NCBI GenBank assembly: GCA_965248355.1
Contig: OZ252098.1
Span: 4,640,001-4,704,000, forward strand
DNA: 64,000 nt
Direction of reading: 5' to 3'
DNA from: Candidatus Latescibacterota bacterium
GTDB lineage: Bacteria > Latescibacterota > UBA2968 > UBA8231
Shown here: piece by piece, positions 52,681 through 62,905 of the stretch
Layout of the letters: every line of letters begins with the position of its first letter
Numbering within the stretch: position 1 is the stretch's first letter
Made by a program: the position numbers and the translations under genes
Notes under the pieces: model-generated
Seen by the model: the letters and a program-made list of their open reading frames with translations, nothing else
The model's database searches: none
Told to the model about the DNA's origin: nothing

Positions 52681-53874
52681 TTGACGGCGCCGCTGACCGA
52701 CCAGGATCTGGAGAGGCTGCTGGCCGACCTGGAGTCGGATCGGGTGCGGCGCAAACGCTCGGGTGCGGATCGGAGCGCGATCCGCAGGACGATCTGCGCC
52801 TTTGCCAACGACCTGCCGGGACGGATGGAACGGGGGGTGCTCTTCGTCGGCGTGAATGACGACGGCACGTGTGCAGATCTGGAGATCACCGACGGTCTGA
52901 TGAGCACGCTGGCGCAGATGCGGGGGGACGGCAACATCCTCCCGCAGCCCAGCATGGTCGTCGAGAAACGGACGGTGAGGGGGTGTGACCTGGTGGCCGT
53001 CACCGTGGCTCCCTCGGCCCAACGACCCGTGCGCTACCAAGGGCGGGTCTTCATCAAGGTCGGCCCGACGGTGCAGTTGGCCACACCGGAGGAAGAGCGG
53101 CAGCTGACGGAGCGCCGTCGCGCATCGGATCTCCCCTTCGACATGCGGCCGGCGGCCGACGCGAGCCTGGACGATCTGGATCTCGACTTTGTGCGCACGG
53201 AGTACCTGCCGCGCGCGGTCGCGCTGGACATCCTCGAGCAGAACCGACGCGGCCTCGACGCCCAGTTGGCAGGGCTGCGTTGCCTGACCGCCGGGAGGCC
53301 CACCCAGGGAGCCCTGCTGGGCCTGGGTCGAGACCCTCAGCGATGGCTGCCCGGGGCGTACGTGCAGTTCCTTCGCTTCGATGGCACGGCTGCGACGGAT
53401 CCCATCCGCAATCAGAAGGAGCTGACCGGGAGACTGAACGACGTTCTGAGACAACTCGACGAGTTGCTGATGCTCAACATCTCGGTTCGCACCGAGATCA
53501 AGGGAGGTCCCCTGGAGGCTCGCCACCCCGATTACCCGATCGTGGCCCTGCAGCAGTTGACGCGCAACGCCGTCATGCATCGATCCTACGAAGGGACCAA
53601 CGCCCCCGTCCGGGTCTACTGGTTCAATGACCGCGTGGAGATCTCGAATCCGGGAGGACTCTACGGACAGGTGACGGGAGAGAACTTCGGCCAAGGGGTC
53701 ACCGACTACCGCAATCCCCTGGTTGCGGAGCTTATGCACCACATGGGTTATGCTCAGCGTTTCGGCGTAGGAGTACCGCTGGCCCGCGAAGCCTCGGAGA
53801 AGGGGGGCAACCCCCCACCCGAGTTCGACTTCCACCCCACCACCGTTCTTGTGACTCTGAGGCCGGCGCCGTGA
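52681..53874 (+). CDS. Schlafen/AlbA_2 + HATPase_c_4 (RecG-C-like) protein
   Basis: ICAFAN...GVLFVGVNDDG; YP..ALQQL..NAVMHRSY...DRVEISNPGG...YRNP..AE. Confidence 0.82.
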   Translation: MTAPLTDQDLERLLADLESDRVRRKRSGADRSAIRRTICAFANDLPGRMERGVLFVGVNDDGTCADLEITDGLMSTLAQMRGDGNILPQPSMVVEKRTVRGCDLVAVTVAPSAQRPVRYQGRVFIKVGPTVQLATPEEERQLTERRRASDLPFDMRPAADASLDDLDLDFVRTEYLPRAVALDILEQNRRGLDAQLAGLRCLTAGRPTQGALLGLGRDPQRWLPGAYVQFLRFDGTAATDPIRNQKELTGRLNDVLRQLDELLMLNISVRTEIKGGPLEARHPDYPIVALQQLTRNAVMHRSYEGTNAPVRVYWFNDRVEISNPGGLYGQVTGENFGQGVTDYRNPLVAELMHHMGYAQRFGVGVPLAREASEKGGNPPPEFDFHPTTVLVTLRPAP

Positions 53875-54779
53875 GACAAGACAACCCTGGTCTACCACCT
53901 TGCGTGGGTCTATGCCGATCTCGGAGTCAAGGTCGTGGCCGTCGATCTGGATCCACAGGCCAATCTGAGCGCCATGTTCCTCGAGGAGGACCGGCTGGAG
54001 GAGTTGTGGCTGTCGCAGGGGCCGGCCCGGACGGTGCTTGGACCGGTGCGTCCCCTGCTCGAGGGAGAGGGGGGGATCGAGGATCCTTACCTGGAGCCTG
54101 TTGGGGACCTGGGTCTGCTGGTAGGCGATCTGTCCCTCTCGGGTCTCGAAGACGAGCTGAGCCAGCTGTGGCCGCAGTGCCTGGAGGGTCGTAAGCGCGC
54201 GTTCCGAGTGGTCGCCGCGTTCCACGAAGTCCTGTCCCGCGCGAGCGCAGCCCGGGAGGCGGATCTGGTCCTGATCGACGTGGGCCCGAACCTGGGCTCC
54301 ATCAACCGGTTGGCCCTGATCAGTGCCGACCACGTGGTGATTCCGCTGGTGCCGGATCTCTACTCGATCATCGGGCTGCAGAACCTCGGACCCCGGTTGA
54401 GGGAGTGGCGCAAAGGGTGGAGGGAGAGGCTCGAGAAGAGACCCGAGGGCCTCGATCTTCCACAGGGACTCATGAACCCGGTCGGCTACGTCGTGACCCA
54501 GCATGCGGTGCGGCTGGACAGGCCGGTCAAGGCGTACGCCCGGTGGAAGGCGCGCATCCCCTCGGCCTACCGGGAGTCGGTGCTGCAGGAGGAGCCCGTC
54601 GATTTCTCGGTGGAAGAGGACCCCTGCTGCCTCTGGCCATGGAGGCACGCAAACCGATGTTCCACCTCAAGCCGGCGGACGGAGCCATCGGCGGGCACAC
54701 GGCCTCCGTCCAGGACTGCCACCGCGACTTCCTGCTATTGGCCCTGCGTATCGCGCAGCAGACAGGAGTCGAGATCTAG
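53871..54779 (+). pseudogene. ParA/Soj-family ATPase with two deletions
   Basis: GTG start overlaps the upstream stop; Walker A cut before KTTLVYHL (out of frame); VDLDPQANLS, IDVGPNLGSIN; frame change near 54630 into LAMEARKPMFHLKPADGAIG. Confidence 0.8.
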
Positions 54780-55636
54780 ACCGGCATCGTCCGCCCGGTG
54801 TGGGCCCGCCCGACCCGGGCCTGCTCCTCGCCGGGGCCGGGGACGATGCGCACGCCCGCGTCGATGCGCTCAACCAGGTCGCCGGTGCCGTCGAGGAAGA
54901 ACAGCCCGTTCCGCCGGCAGGCGTCGAAGACCCGCCGGCGCGCCGCCACGATCTCCTCCGGGTAGGTGCGGTCCGCCGACATGTGGCCGAAGGACATGTG
55001 CATGTCCCCCGGCCCCCACTCGGCGAAGGCGACGCCGGGCACGGCCAGGGTCTCCTCCACGCGCTCGAGGGCGCGGCGGTTCTCGATCTTCAGCCCGATC
55101 ATCAGCTCGCCCTCGGGGTTCAGGGGCCACAGGTCGGCGCGGCGGGCGTACTCGTCGACGTCGACGCCCCAGGCATGGGCCGCCATCCCCTGGCCGCCGG
55201 CGCCGCGCCGGCCCTCGGGGGCGCCCCCCATCTCGCCGCGGAAGGCGTAGCGGCAGACCTGCACGAGGGTGCGCACCGCCTCCGGGTCCTCGGCGTGGCA
55301 CAGCAGGATGCCGTGGACGCCGCGGGCCAGGGCCTGCTTGAAGACCCAGGCGTTGGCGCGGATGTCGGCGGCGCTCGTGCCCTCCGGGGGCAGGTCGACG
55401 ATCACCGCCGGGGTGCGGTGGCCGCTGGCCGTGGGCCCGCCTTCGACGAGGCCGCGCATGAAGGCGGCCAACCCCGGCATGTCGAAGGCGCCGTGCTCCA
55501 TGCTGACGTTGATGTAGTCGGCCCAGGTGCCGGCCATGGCCCGGCCGGACTCGTAGTCGACCTCGTGGACGCTGGCGTAGTACACGGGCTGGTCCTGCGC
55601 CAGCAGCTCGATCGCCTTGTTGATGCGTTCAGCCAT
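54776..55636 (-). CDS. HpcH/HpaI aldolase/citrate lyase family protein
   Basis: MEHGAFD, GLKIE, EWGPGDM. Confidence 0.85.
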   Translation of the reverse strand: MAERINKAIELLAQDQPVYYASVHEVDYESGRAMAGTWADYINVSMEHGAFDMPGLAAFMRGLVEGGPTASGHRTPAVIVDLPPEGTSAADIRANAWVFKQALARGVHGILLCHAEDPEAVRTLVQVCRYAFRGEMGGAPEGRRGAGGQGMAAHAWGVDVDEYARRADLWPLNPEGELMIGLKIENRRALERVEETLAVPGVAFAEWGPGDMHMSFGHMSADRTYPEEIVAARRRVFDACRRNGLFFLDGTGDLVERIDAGVRIVPGPGEEQARVGRAHTGRTMPV

Positions 55637-55761
55637 GTTTCCCTCCTGTTGGCGGCGCAGACTAGGCCGCCGGGGCCGGCTCGTCAAAGCGGACGGGCCG
55701 CCCGCCGACGGGCGGCGTACATTGCCGGCCGTCCATCCACCGGACGCAAGGAGGAACCCGA

Positions 55762-56703
55762 ATGAAGCTGCTCGTCCCCTCTGATCTCGAAGCCGATCTC
55801 GTGGAGCGCATCCGCGCCGTCCATGGCGTGGAGGTCCTGCAACCGCCAACGGACGAGGCCCGCGCCGAGGTGGCGCCCTCGGTGGAGATCGTCTTCGGCG
55901 GCCTCTCCCCGGAGGAGTTCCGGAGCGCCGCTTCTCTGCGCTGGATCCAGGCGCCGGCCGCCGGCGTCGACCGCGTGCTGACGCCGGAGCTGCGCGCCAG
56001 CGACGTGGTCCTCACCAGCGCCAAGGGCTTCGTCGGCATCCACCTCGCCGAGCACGCCATGGCCCTGCTCCTGGCCCTGACCCGGCGCATCGCCCGCGCC
56101 GTGCGCACGAGCACCTGGGAGGACAAGTGGCCGATCCGCGACTCCTCCATCGAGCTCTACGGCCAGCGCATGGGCATCGTCGGCCTCGGCGGCACCGGCC
56201 GCGAGCTGGCCGTGCGCGCCGCCGCCTTCGGCATGGAGGTGATCGCCGTCGACCCCGAGCCCGTGGCGGTCCCGAAGTGCGTCTCCGAGTGCGGTTCCAT
56301 GGACCGCTTCCACGACCTGCTGGAGCGCTCTCGTGTCGTGGCCGTGTGCGCGCCCCTGACGCCGGAGACCGATGGCATGTTCGACCGCGAGGCCTTCGCC
56401 CGCATGCGCGCCGACGCCCTGCTCGTCAACGTCACCCGGGGCCGCATCGTCGACGAGGAGGCCCTCCTCGAGGCCCTGCGCGAGGGGCAGATCGCCGGCG
56501 CCTGCCTCGACGTGACCCCCGTGGAGCCCCTGCCCGACGACCATCCCCTGTGGACGATGGACAACGTCGTGCTCACACCGCACACCGCCGGCGCCTCCCC
56601 GGCCCGCGACGCCCGGGCCGTCGACCAGCTCTGCGACAACCTGCGCCGCTACCAGGCCGGCGAGCCCCTGGTGGGTGTCATCGACAAGGAGAAGGGGTAC
56701 TGA
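55762..56703 (+). CDS. D-2-hydroxyacid dehydrogenase
   Basis: GIVGLGGTG, VNVTRG, LDVTPVEPLP, TPHTAG. Confidence 0.92.
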   Translation: MKLLVPSDLEADLVERIRAVHGVEVLQPPTDEARAEVAPSVEIVFGGLSPEEFRSAASLRWIQAPAAGVDRVLTPELRASDVVLTSAKGFVGIHLAEHAMALLLALTRRIARAVRTSTWEDKWPIRDSSIELYGQRMGIVGLGGTGRELAVRAAAFGMEVIAVDPEPVAVPKCVSECGSMDRFHDLLERSRVVAVCAPLTPETDGMFDREAFARMRADALLVNVTRGRIVDEEALLEALREGQIAGACLDVTPVEPLPDDHPLWTMDNVVLTPHTAGASPARDARAVDQLCDNLRRYQAGEPLVGVIDKEKGY

Positions 56704-57575
56704 TGGCGCCCAGCGTGGCGCTGCTGAGCCCCGGGTCCATGGGCGCCGTCGTCGGCGGCGTCCTGCGCCGGCACGGGGCCGAGGTGATCACCTGCCTCCA
56801 AGGCCGCAGCCCGGCCACCGCCGCCCGCGCCCGCGACGCCGGCATCGAGGCGGTGTCCGACGACATCGCCCTCGTGGAGCGCGCCGACCTGCTGCTGTCC
56901 ATTCTCGTGCCCTCCGAGGCCGTCAACCTCGCCCGCCGCGTGGCCGCCGCCCTCGAGGCCACCGGCGCCGACCTCGTGTACGTCGACTGCAACGCCGTGG
57001 CGCCGGCAACGGGCGTCGAGGTGGCCGACATCATCGCCGCCGCCGGGGGTCGGCCAGTGGACGCGGGCATCATCGGGGGCCCTCCGAAGCGTCCCGGCCT
57101 CACCCGCTTCTACGCCTCGGGGGAGCACGCCGGACGCTTCGCCGTCCTCGGCGACTACGGTCTCGACGTGCGCCTGCTGGGATCCGAGATCGGCCAGGCC
57201 TCGGCCTTCAAGATGTGCTACGCCGCCCAGACCAAGGGACGCTACGCCATCTACCTGGAATCCCTGGTGACGGCGGCCAAGCTCGGCCTCTACGACGCCC
57301 TCGTGGAGGAACTGCAACTCAGCCAGGAACTGGTCCTGGGCGACACCCGGCGGTCCCTGCCGGGGATCCCGTCGAAGGCGGGGCGCTGGGTCGGCGAGAT
57401 GGAGGAGATCGCCGCCACCTTCGGCGGCCTCGGACTGACGCCGGAGATGTTCGCCGGCGCCGCCGACCTCTACCGGTACGTCCACGAGGCCGCCGGCGGC
57501 GAGGGCGACCCGGAGACGCAGGGGGAGGAACCGCTGCGGGCGCTGGTGGAGCAACTGGCCCGCGCCCTCCCCTGA
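56703..57575 (+). CDS. NAD(P)-dependent oxidoreductase (6PGD/3-HIBADH-like, DUF1932 tail)
   Basis: SPGSMG, DCNAVAP, DAGIIGGPP, KMCYA, RWVGEMEEI. Confidence 0.85.
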   Translation: MAPSVALLSPGSMGAVVGGVLRRHGAEVITCLQGRSPATAARARDAGIEAVSDDIALVERADLLLSILVPSEAVNLARRVAAALEATGADLVYVDCNAVAPATGVEVADIIAAAGGRPVDAGIIGGPPKRPGLTRFYASGEHAGRFAVLGDYGLDVRLLGSEIGQASAFKMCYAAQTKGRYAIYLESLVTAAKLGLYDALVEELQLSQELVLGDTRRSLPGIPSKAGRWVGEMEEIAATFGGLGLTPEMFAGAADLYRYVHEAAGGEGDPETQGEEPLRALVEQLARALP

Positions 57576-57578
57576 AGA

Positions 57579-58466
57579 TCAGCCGCCCTCTTCCTCTTCC
57601 TGCTGCAGCGCGTAGATCGAGGTGTAGCCCCCCGACCAGTCCGGCGGCACCAGGCACGGCCGCGGATCGTGGCGCGCCCAGCGGGCTGGCCGGCCGCGGA
57701 CGATGTCGCCCAAGTGGGGGCTGGTGATGCCCGGCGACGTGTAGGGGAAGGCGTCAGCCGCGGAGTAGGCGTTCAGCAGCAGGGGCCGCCCCCGGGCGGA
57801 GAGGTTCTTCTTCGAGCCGTGGATGGCGCGGCAGTTGTGCACGGTCACCGACCCGGCCGGCCCTTCGAGGTAGCGCACCTTGTCGGCCGGGATCCGCGCC
57901 GCGTCCTCATCGCTGAGACAGCCGACCCAGTTGTCATCCTCGTCGTACTGGTTGAACAGCTCGCCCTCGTGGCTGCCCTCGACCACGGCCAGCGGCCCCT
58001 GGTCCGGCCCCACGTCGGTGAGGTACACGCCGATCGTCAGGGGGCTGTAGTTGGTGTGGGGCCAGAAGCTGATATCCTGGTGCCACTTCACCTCCTCGCC
58101 CCCCTCCAGCCACTTGAAGTTGAGCTTGGAGTGGTGGTAGCGGACATCGGGGCCCACCAGGTCGGCCGCCAGATCGACGATGGCCCCCTCGGAGGCGAAC
58201 TCCCAGAACAGGGGATGGTGGTCCACCGGGCTCGACACCCGCCGCAGCCGCGGGGCCTCGGCCGTGTGCGCCGGCTCCAGGTCGAAGATCTCGTCCGAGA
58301 CGGTGACGCCGCGGCTGCGCTCCACCATCTCGTCGGTGGCCGCCCGGAGCCGCTCCACCTCGTCAGGCGGGATGTACGACTCGACCAGCAGGTATCCGTT
58401 CTCCAGGTAGGAGTCGCGCTGGTTCTGGGTGATCCGCTTCGGGGGCGGCAGGGTGGTCTGGGTCAT
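57579..58466 (-). CDS. PhyH family Fe(II)/2OG oxygenase
   Basis: HSKLNFK, WHQD, GSH, IHGSKKN. Confidence 0.9.
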   Translation of the reverse strand: MTQTTLPPPKRITQNQRDSYLENGYLLVESYIPPDEVERLRAATDEMVERSRGVTVSDEIFDLEPAHTAEAPRLRRVSSPVDHHPLFWEFASEGAIVDLAADLVGPDVRYHHSKLNFKWLEGGEEVKWHQDISFWPHTNYSPLTIGVYLTDVGPDQGPLAVVEGSHEGELFNQYDEDDNWVGCLSDEDAARIPADKVRYLEGPAGSVTVHNCRAIHGSKKNLSARGRPLLLNAYSAADAFPYTSPGITSPHLGDIVRGRPARWARHDPRPCLVPPDWSGGYTSIYALQQEEEEGG

Positions 58467-58706
58467 GGGGGATTCTCCTGTTCAGGCTTGCAGAGGAAAG
58501 AAGAGGGGGCCGTCCCGGGGTGGTCAAGGGATCTGATTCGGGGGAACTCCGTTGCAGCTGTTCAGGCCGATGCATAGGTTCGGCCTGCCGCTTGGCAGCG
58601 AAGCAATGAGCAAGGCCCCATACAGTCGACAACCGCAAGCGCACGGTCCCCGATTACCTGCGCCGATGCCTGGGTACCTGACGACTTTCATGGGGATAAT
58701 GTTGAC

Positions 58707-59006
58707 ATGGAAAACCCGATTACGCCTGGTGAGATTCTCCTGAAAGAGTACCTCGAACCCATGGGGATCTCGCAGAACGCCATGGCCCGTGCCATCGGCG
58801 TGGCCCCGCGCACGATCAACGAAATCGTTCACGCGAGGCGCTCGATCACACCGGCCATGTCCATTCGTTTCGGCGCCTTCTTCGGTCAATCGGATGAGTT
58901 CTGGCAGGGCATCCAGGTGGAGTGCGACTTCCGCAAGCTGGCTCAAGAGCGGAACAGGCTCACCGATGGCATTCTCCCAGCGTCGACCCTGATTCGTACC
59001 CCCTGA
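58707..59006 (+). CDS. higA: Orphan HigA-family antitoxin
   Basis: [29 protein letters not shown]; no intact toxin upstream. Confidence 0.85.
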   Translation: MENPITPGEILLKEYLEPMGISQNAMARAIGVAPRTINEIVHARRSITPAMSIRFGAFFGQSDEFWQGIQVECDFRKLAQERNRLTDGILPASTLIRTP

Positions 59007-59022
59007 GCTTGCGGCGGCCACA

Positions 59023-59502
59023 ATGACCCACATCGATGAATCCTGGTATCAGCGCCCAAAGGGAACACCTGAGCGCATAGCAAGCGGCGGAGTCGTTGTC
59101 CGTGTATCGGGTGATGAGACCTTCGTCGCCTTTACGTGTGAAGGCGACATGCGGGGGTTTGTCCTGCCAAAAGGGGGCGTCGAGCCTGGTGAGAGTCTGC
59201 TGGAGGCCGCCAGGCGGGAGGTCGAAGAGGAGACCGGGCTGTCGAAGATCACCCTGATCAGAAAGCTCGGCGTGGTGGAACGGTTGACTTTCGACAGGTG
59301 CTGGTGGAATGTCATGCACTTCTACTTGTTTCGGACAGATCAGGTCGAGGCCACGCCAACCGAGACCGACAATCACCGTGAGATGGTCTGGTTTCGAATC
59401 GATGCACTTCCGGAAACCCTGTGGCCGGAGCAGCGGGAGCTGATTGAAGCCAACAGAGCTGCCATCGTACGCGATGCCAGGGAGGCGGGTCTCTCGGACT
59501 GA
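59023..59502 (+). CDS. NUDIX hydrolase
   Basis: GGVEPGESLLEAARREVEEETG Nudix box. Confidence 0.9.
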   Translation: MTHIDESWYQRPKGTPERIASGGVVVRVSGDETFVAFTCEGDMRGFVLPKGGVEPGESLLEAARREVEEETGLSKITLIRKLGVVERLTFDRCWWNVMHFYLFRTDQVEATPTETDNHREMVWFRIDALPETLWPEQRELIEANRAAIVRDAREAGLSD

Positions 59503-59508
59503 AGTGAG

Positions 59509-59970
59509 ATGGCAAGGCAACCACTGCAGGTGATCGTGATACCGTTCAGGGAGAGCGAGGAGGCCGGATACCAGTTCGCCGTCTTCCATCGGGCGGATGA
59601 CTCCATGTGGCAGTTCATCGCAGGCGGCGCCGAGGACGGCGAGACGGCGGAGCAGGCCGCGCGGCGCGAGGCGGCGGAGGAGGCGGGCATTTCGGAGGGG
59701 GCTCGGTTCCTGCGGCTGGACTCTTGCGCGTCCGTCCCCAGGACCGCGTTCTGTCCGACAGAACACTGGCCGAAGGACCTCCTCGTGGTGCCCGAATTCT
59801 CATTTTCCGTTGAGGTGAGTGATCAAGAGCTTGAACTGTCCCATGAGCATGACAAGATCCGCTGGCTGTCCTTCGAGGATGCCACGAGACTGCTAACATG
59901 GGACAGGAACCGGGTCGCGCTCTGGGAGCTCAACGAACGTCTGAAGGCCGGCCGGATTGCTGCTGCATAG
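59509..59970 (+). CDS. NUDIX hydrolase (NudB-like)
   Basis: WQFIAGGAEDGETAEQAARREAAEEAG; LSHEH. Confidence 0.88.
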   Translation: MARQPLQVIVIPFRESEEAGYQFAVFHRADDSMWQFIAGGAEDGETAEQAARREAAEEAGISEGARFLRLDSCASVPRTAFCPTEHWPKDLLVVPEFSFSVEVSDQELELSHEHDKIRWLSFEDATRLLTWDRNRVALWELNERLKAGRIAAA

Positions 59971-60550
59971 GCCGGATGTCGTGGACCACCCGATCGGCCG
60001 GCGCATCCACGTGGTGGGGAACAGCTGCTCCGGGAAGAGCGTTCTGGGCGAACGGCTGGCGAGCGCTCTTCAGGTCCCCTTCGTGGAGCTGGACGCGCTC
60101 AACTGGCGGCCCGGATGGGTGGGCCTGAACGAGACGGATCCCGAGGAGTTCGAGAGTCTCATAGCGAAGGCGACGGCTGGAGATGCATGGGTGGTGGCCG
60201 GCTCGTACATGAGCTTCTCGCAGCGCGTCTTCTGGCCCCGGTTGGAGACCGTCGTCTGGCTGGACCTGCCCATGCACCTGCTCGTCTGGCGAGTACTCCG
60301 GCGGTCGTGGACACGCTGGCGGTCGAAGGAGCTGCTGTGGGGCACGAATCACGAGCGGTTCTGGCCCCAGCTGATGGTCTGGAACAAGGAGGACTCCCTC
60401 GTCTTGTGGATCGTTACCCAGCACAGCCGCAAGCGTCGCGACATCCGTCTCTACATGTCGGAGCCCCGCTGGCAGCACATCCGGTTCCTGCGTCTGGAAT
60501 CATCAGCAGCAGTCGAGGGCTTCTCCCGCGCCAATGGCCTGGCGCCTTAG
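59957..60550 (+). CDS. P-loop kinase, adenylate-kinase-like / FlaR family
   Basis: RIHVVGNSCSGKS, ELDALNW.PGW, VWLDLP; true start may be the GTG near 59981. Confidence 0.8.
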   Translation: MLLHRPDVVDHPIGRRIHVVGNSCSGKSVLGERLASALQVPFVELDALNWRPGWVGLNETDPEEFESLIAKATAGDAWVVAGSYMSFSQRVFWPRLETVVWLDLPMHLLVWRVLRRSWTRWRSKELLWGTNHERFWPQLMVWNKEDSLVLWIVTQHSRKRRDIRLYMSEPRWQHIRFLRLESSAAVEGFSRANGLAP

Positions 60551-60562
60551 GAGTTGAGAGAT

Positions 60563-60655
60563 ATGAAACTGTTGTCCAGTGACTCATTCGAGAGAGCAAG
60601 GACCTTCGCGATGGAGCATGGCCGGGAAAAGGAGAGACGGCTTCTATCCTATGGG
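60563..60655 (+). pseudogene. Orphan N-terminal gene fragment
   Basis: AGGAG RBS, MKLLSSDSFERARTFAMEHGREKERRL, then loss of coding character. Confidence 0.4.
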
Positions 60656-60892
60656 TGTAGGGTTCATTTGTACGCAGTTTTTCAGAGTGTGGGGCCCCAC
60701 TTCCGGGGTACGGATGGGAGCAGCGGCTGCAATCCGAGCCGGCGGAAGCGGAGACGTTTTCGCCAGGTCATGCCGAACGATCCCGGGACGCCGACACCGC
60801 CGGCGCCCCCACGGCTTGGACCCACCGGGTGGTGCTGGCCGACGGAAAGCCAGAGATCTGGCGCAACTGGGGAAACCGCAAAGGAGCATCGC

Positions 60893-62772
60893 ATGGATCA
60901 TGAACAGCTTTCTACTGCACAAGACGGGTACGCCCATTGCCGGCGACTTGCGGCGCGTACCCTCTGGCTTGCGGCCTGTCTGGTGAGCGCCGGGCTCGCG
61001 TGGGCGGTGCCGATGGCGGCCCAGGATAGCGCGGCGTCGAGTCAGTGCGCCAACGGCACTGTCGTGCCGGAACCGGAGGACCACCCCGGCTTGGTGGCGG
61101 ACTGCGAGGTGCTCCTGGCCCTGCGCGACCGGTTTGCCGGCGACGCTGACCTGCCCTGGAGCGTGGCCACACCCATTACCGGGTGGGAAGGCATCTGGGT
61201 CGAAGATTCGGCCGTCACATGGTTGGTCCTCTCCGACAACGCGTTGACCGGCCCGATCCCGCCCGAGTTAGGCCAACTGACCAACCTGCAGGGGTTGATC
61301 CTCTCCGGCAACGAATTATCCGGACCGATTCCACCCGAGTTGGGCCAACTGACCAACCTGGAGTCGTTGGGCCTCGACGCCAACGCGTTGACCGGGCCGA
61401 TTCCATCCGAGTTGGGCCAACTGACCAACCTGTGGTGGTTGTCGCTCTACCGTAACGAATTATCCGGGCCGATTCCATCCGAGTTGGGCCAACTGACCAA
61501 CCTGAAGGTGTTGGGCCTCGGCGCCAACGCGTTGACCGGGCCGATTCCACCGGAGTTGGGCCAACTGACCAACCTGCAGTCGTTGGGCCTCGCCGACAAC
61601 GCGTTGACCGGGCCGATTCCATCCGAGTTGGGCCAACTGACCAACCTGGAGTCGTTGGGCCTCGCCGACAACGCGTTGACCGGGCCGATTCCACCGGAGT
61701 TGGGCCAACTGACCAACCTGGAATACTTGACCCTCTCCTTCAACGAATTATCCGGGCCGATTCCATCCGAGTTGGGCCAACTGACCAACCTGCAGTCGTT
61801 GTCCCTCGACGACAACGCGTTGACCGGGCCGATTCCATCCGAGTTGGGCCAACTGACCAACCTGGTATACTTGGTCCTCTCCTTCAACGCATTATCCGGG
61901 CCGATTCCATCCGAGTTGGGCCAACTGACCAACCTGGAGTCGTTGGGCCTCTCCGGCAACGAATTATCCGGACCGATTCCACCCGAGTTAGGCCAACTGA
62001 CCAACCTGCAGGGGTTGATCCTCTCCGGCAACGAATTATCCGGACCGATTCCACCCGAGTTGGGCCAACTGACAACCTGGAGTCGTTGGGCCTCGACGCC
62101 AACGCGTTGACCGGGCCGATTCCACCGGAGTTGGGCCAACTGACCAACCTGGTATACTTGGTCCTCTCCTTCAACGAATTATCCGGGCCGATTCCATCCG
62201 AGTTGGGCCAACTGACCAACCTGCAGTCGTTGTGGCTCTCCTTCAACGGATTATCCGGCCCGATTCCATCCGAGTTGGGCCAACTGACCAACCTGCAGTC
62301 GTTGTCCCTCGACGACAACGCGTTGACCGGCCCGATCCCGCCCGAATTGGGCCAACTGACCAACCTGCAAAACTTGCGCCTCGGCAACAACCAGTTGACC
62401 GGATGCGTACCGGAGACGCTGGCCGGATGGGTCGACGATCTGCCGGCCTGCGGGACCGCGATCGCGGTGGAGGCCACCGCCCTGGGCTTGCCGGCCACCA
62501 GCGGCCTGGACCCCAATTTCCCCAACCCCTTCAACGCCGGCACCCAAATCGCCTACCGTCTGGCCACCTCCGGTCCAGTGCGGCTGGAGATTTACAACAC
62601 CCTGGGCCAGTCGGTCCGCGCGCTGGTGGACGAGGTCCAGGCCGCCGGCACCTACCGCGCGCATTGGGACGCCCGCGACGGAGGCGGCCAGGCCGTGGGC
62701 GCGGGGGTGTATCTCATCCGCCTGCGCTATCCGGGCGGCTCGCAGACGCGGCGCATGCTCTACCTCGAGTAG
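60893..62772 (+). CDS. Secreted plant-type LRR protein with FlgD-Ig-like tail; 1-nt frameshift near 62073
   Basis: Signal region; Cys cap (CANGTVV...LVADCEVLL); 17 LxLxxNxLT/SGxIPxELGQLTNL units; PNPFN...VRLEIYNTLGQ...WDARD...GVY tail. Confidence 0.88.
61220..62402 (+). repeat. 72-bp tandem repeat array (LRR units)
   Basis: GAGTTGGGCCAACTGACCAACCTG recurs at 72-nt period. Confidence 0.95.
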
Positions 62773-62905
62773 GCCCGGAACCGGGGTCGCCAGCTTGCCG
62801 CCTGCTCCCCGGCCGGGGTCGAGCCGGGCGCTGGCGGCCCCCAACGGGCTTAAAGAGGAAGAGGAGACATTGCCATGCGTATGGCATCGACCGACCACGG
62901 ACCGG

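Noticed and set aside
53871..54779. Plasmid or chromosome partition system
   Set aside because: No parB or parS nearby, and the gene is broken and coupled to an AlbA_2 gene.
60554..60892. N-terminal extension of the LRR ORF
   Set aside because: Low-complexity read-through from an unrelated fragment; the AAGGAG RBS and ATG at 60893 mark the real start.
61220..62402. CRISPR array
   Set aside because: The period is exactly 72 nt, in frame, and encodes LRR units; the variable parts are mutually similar and no cas genes are present.
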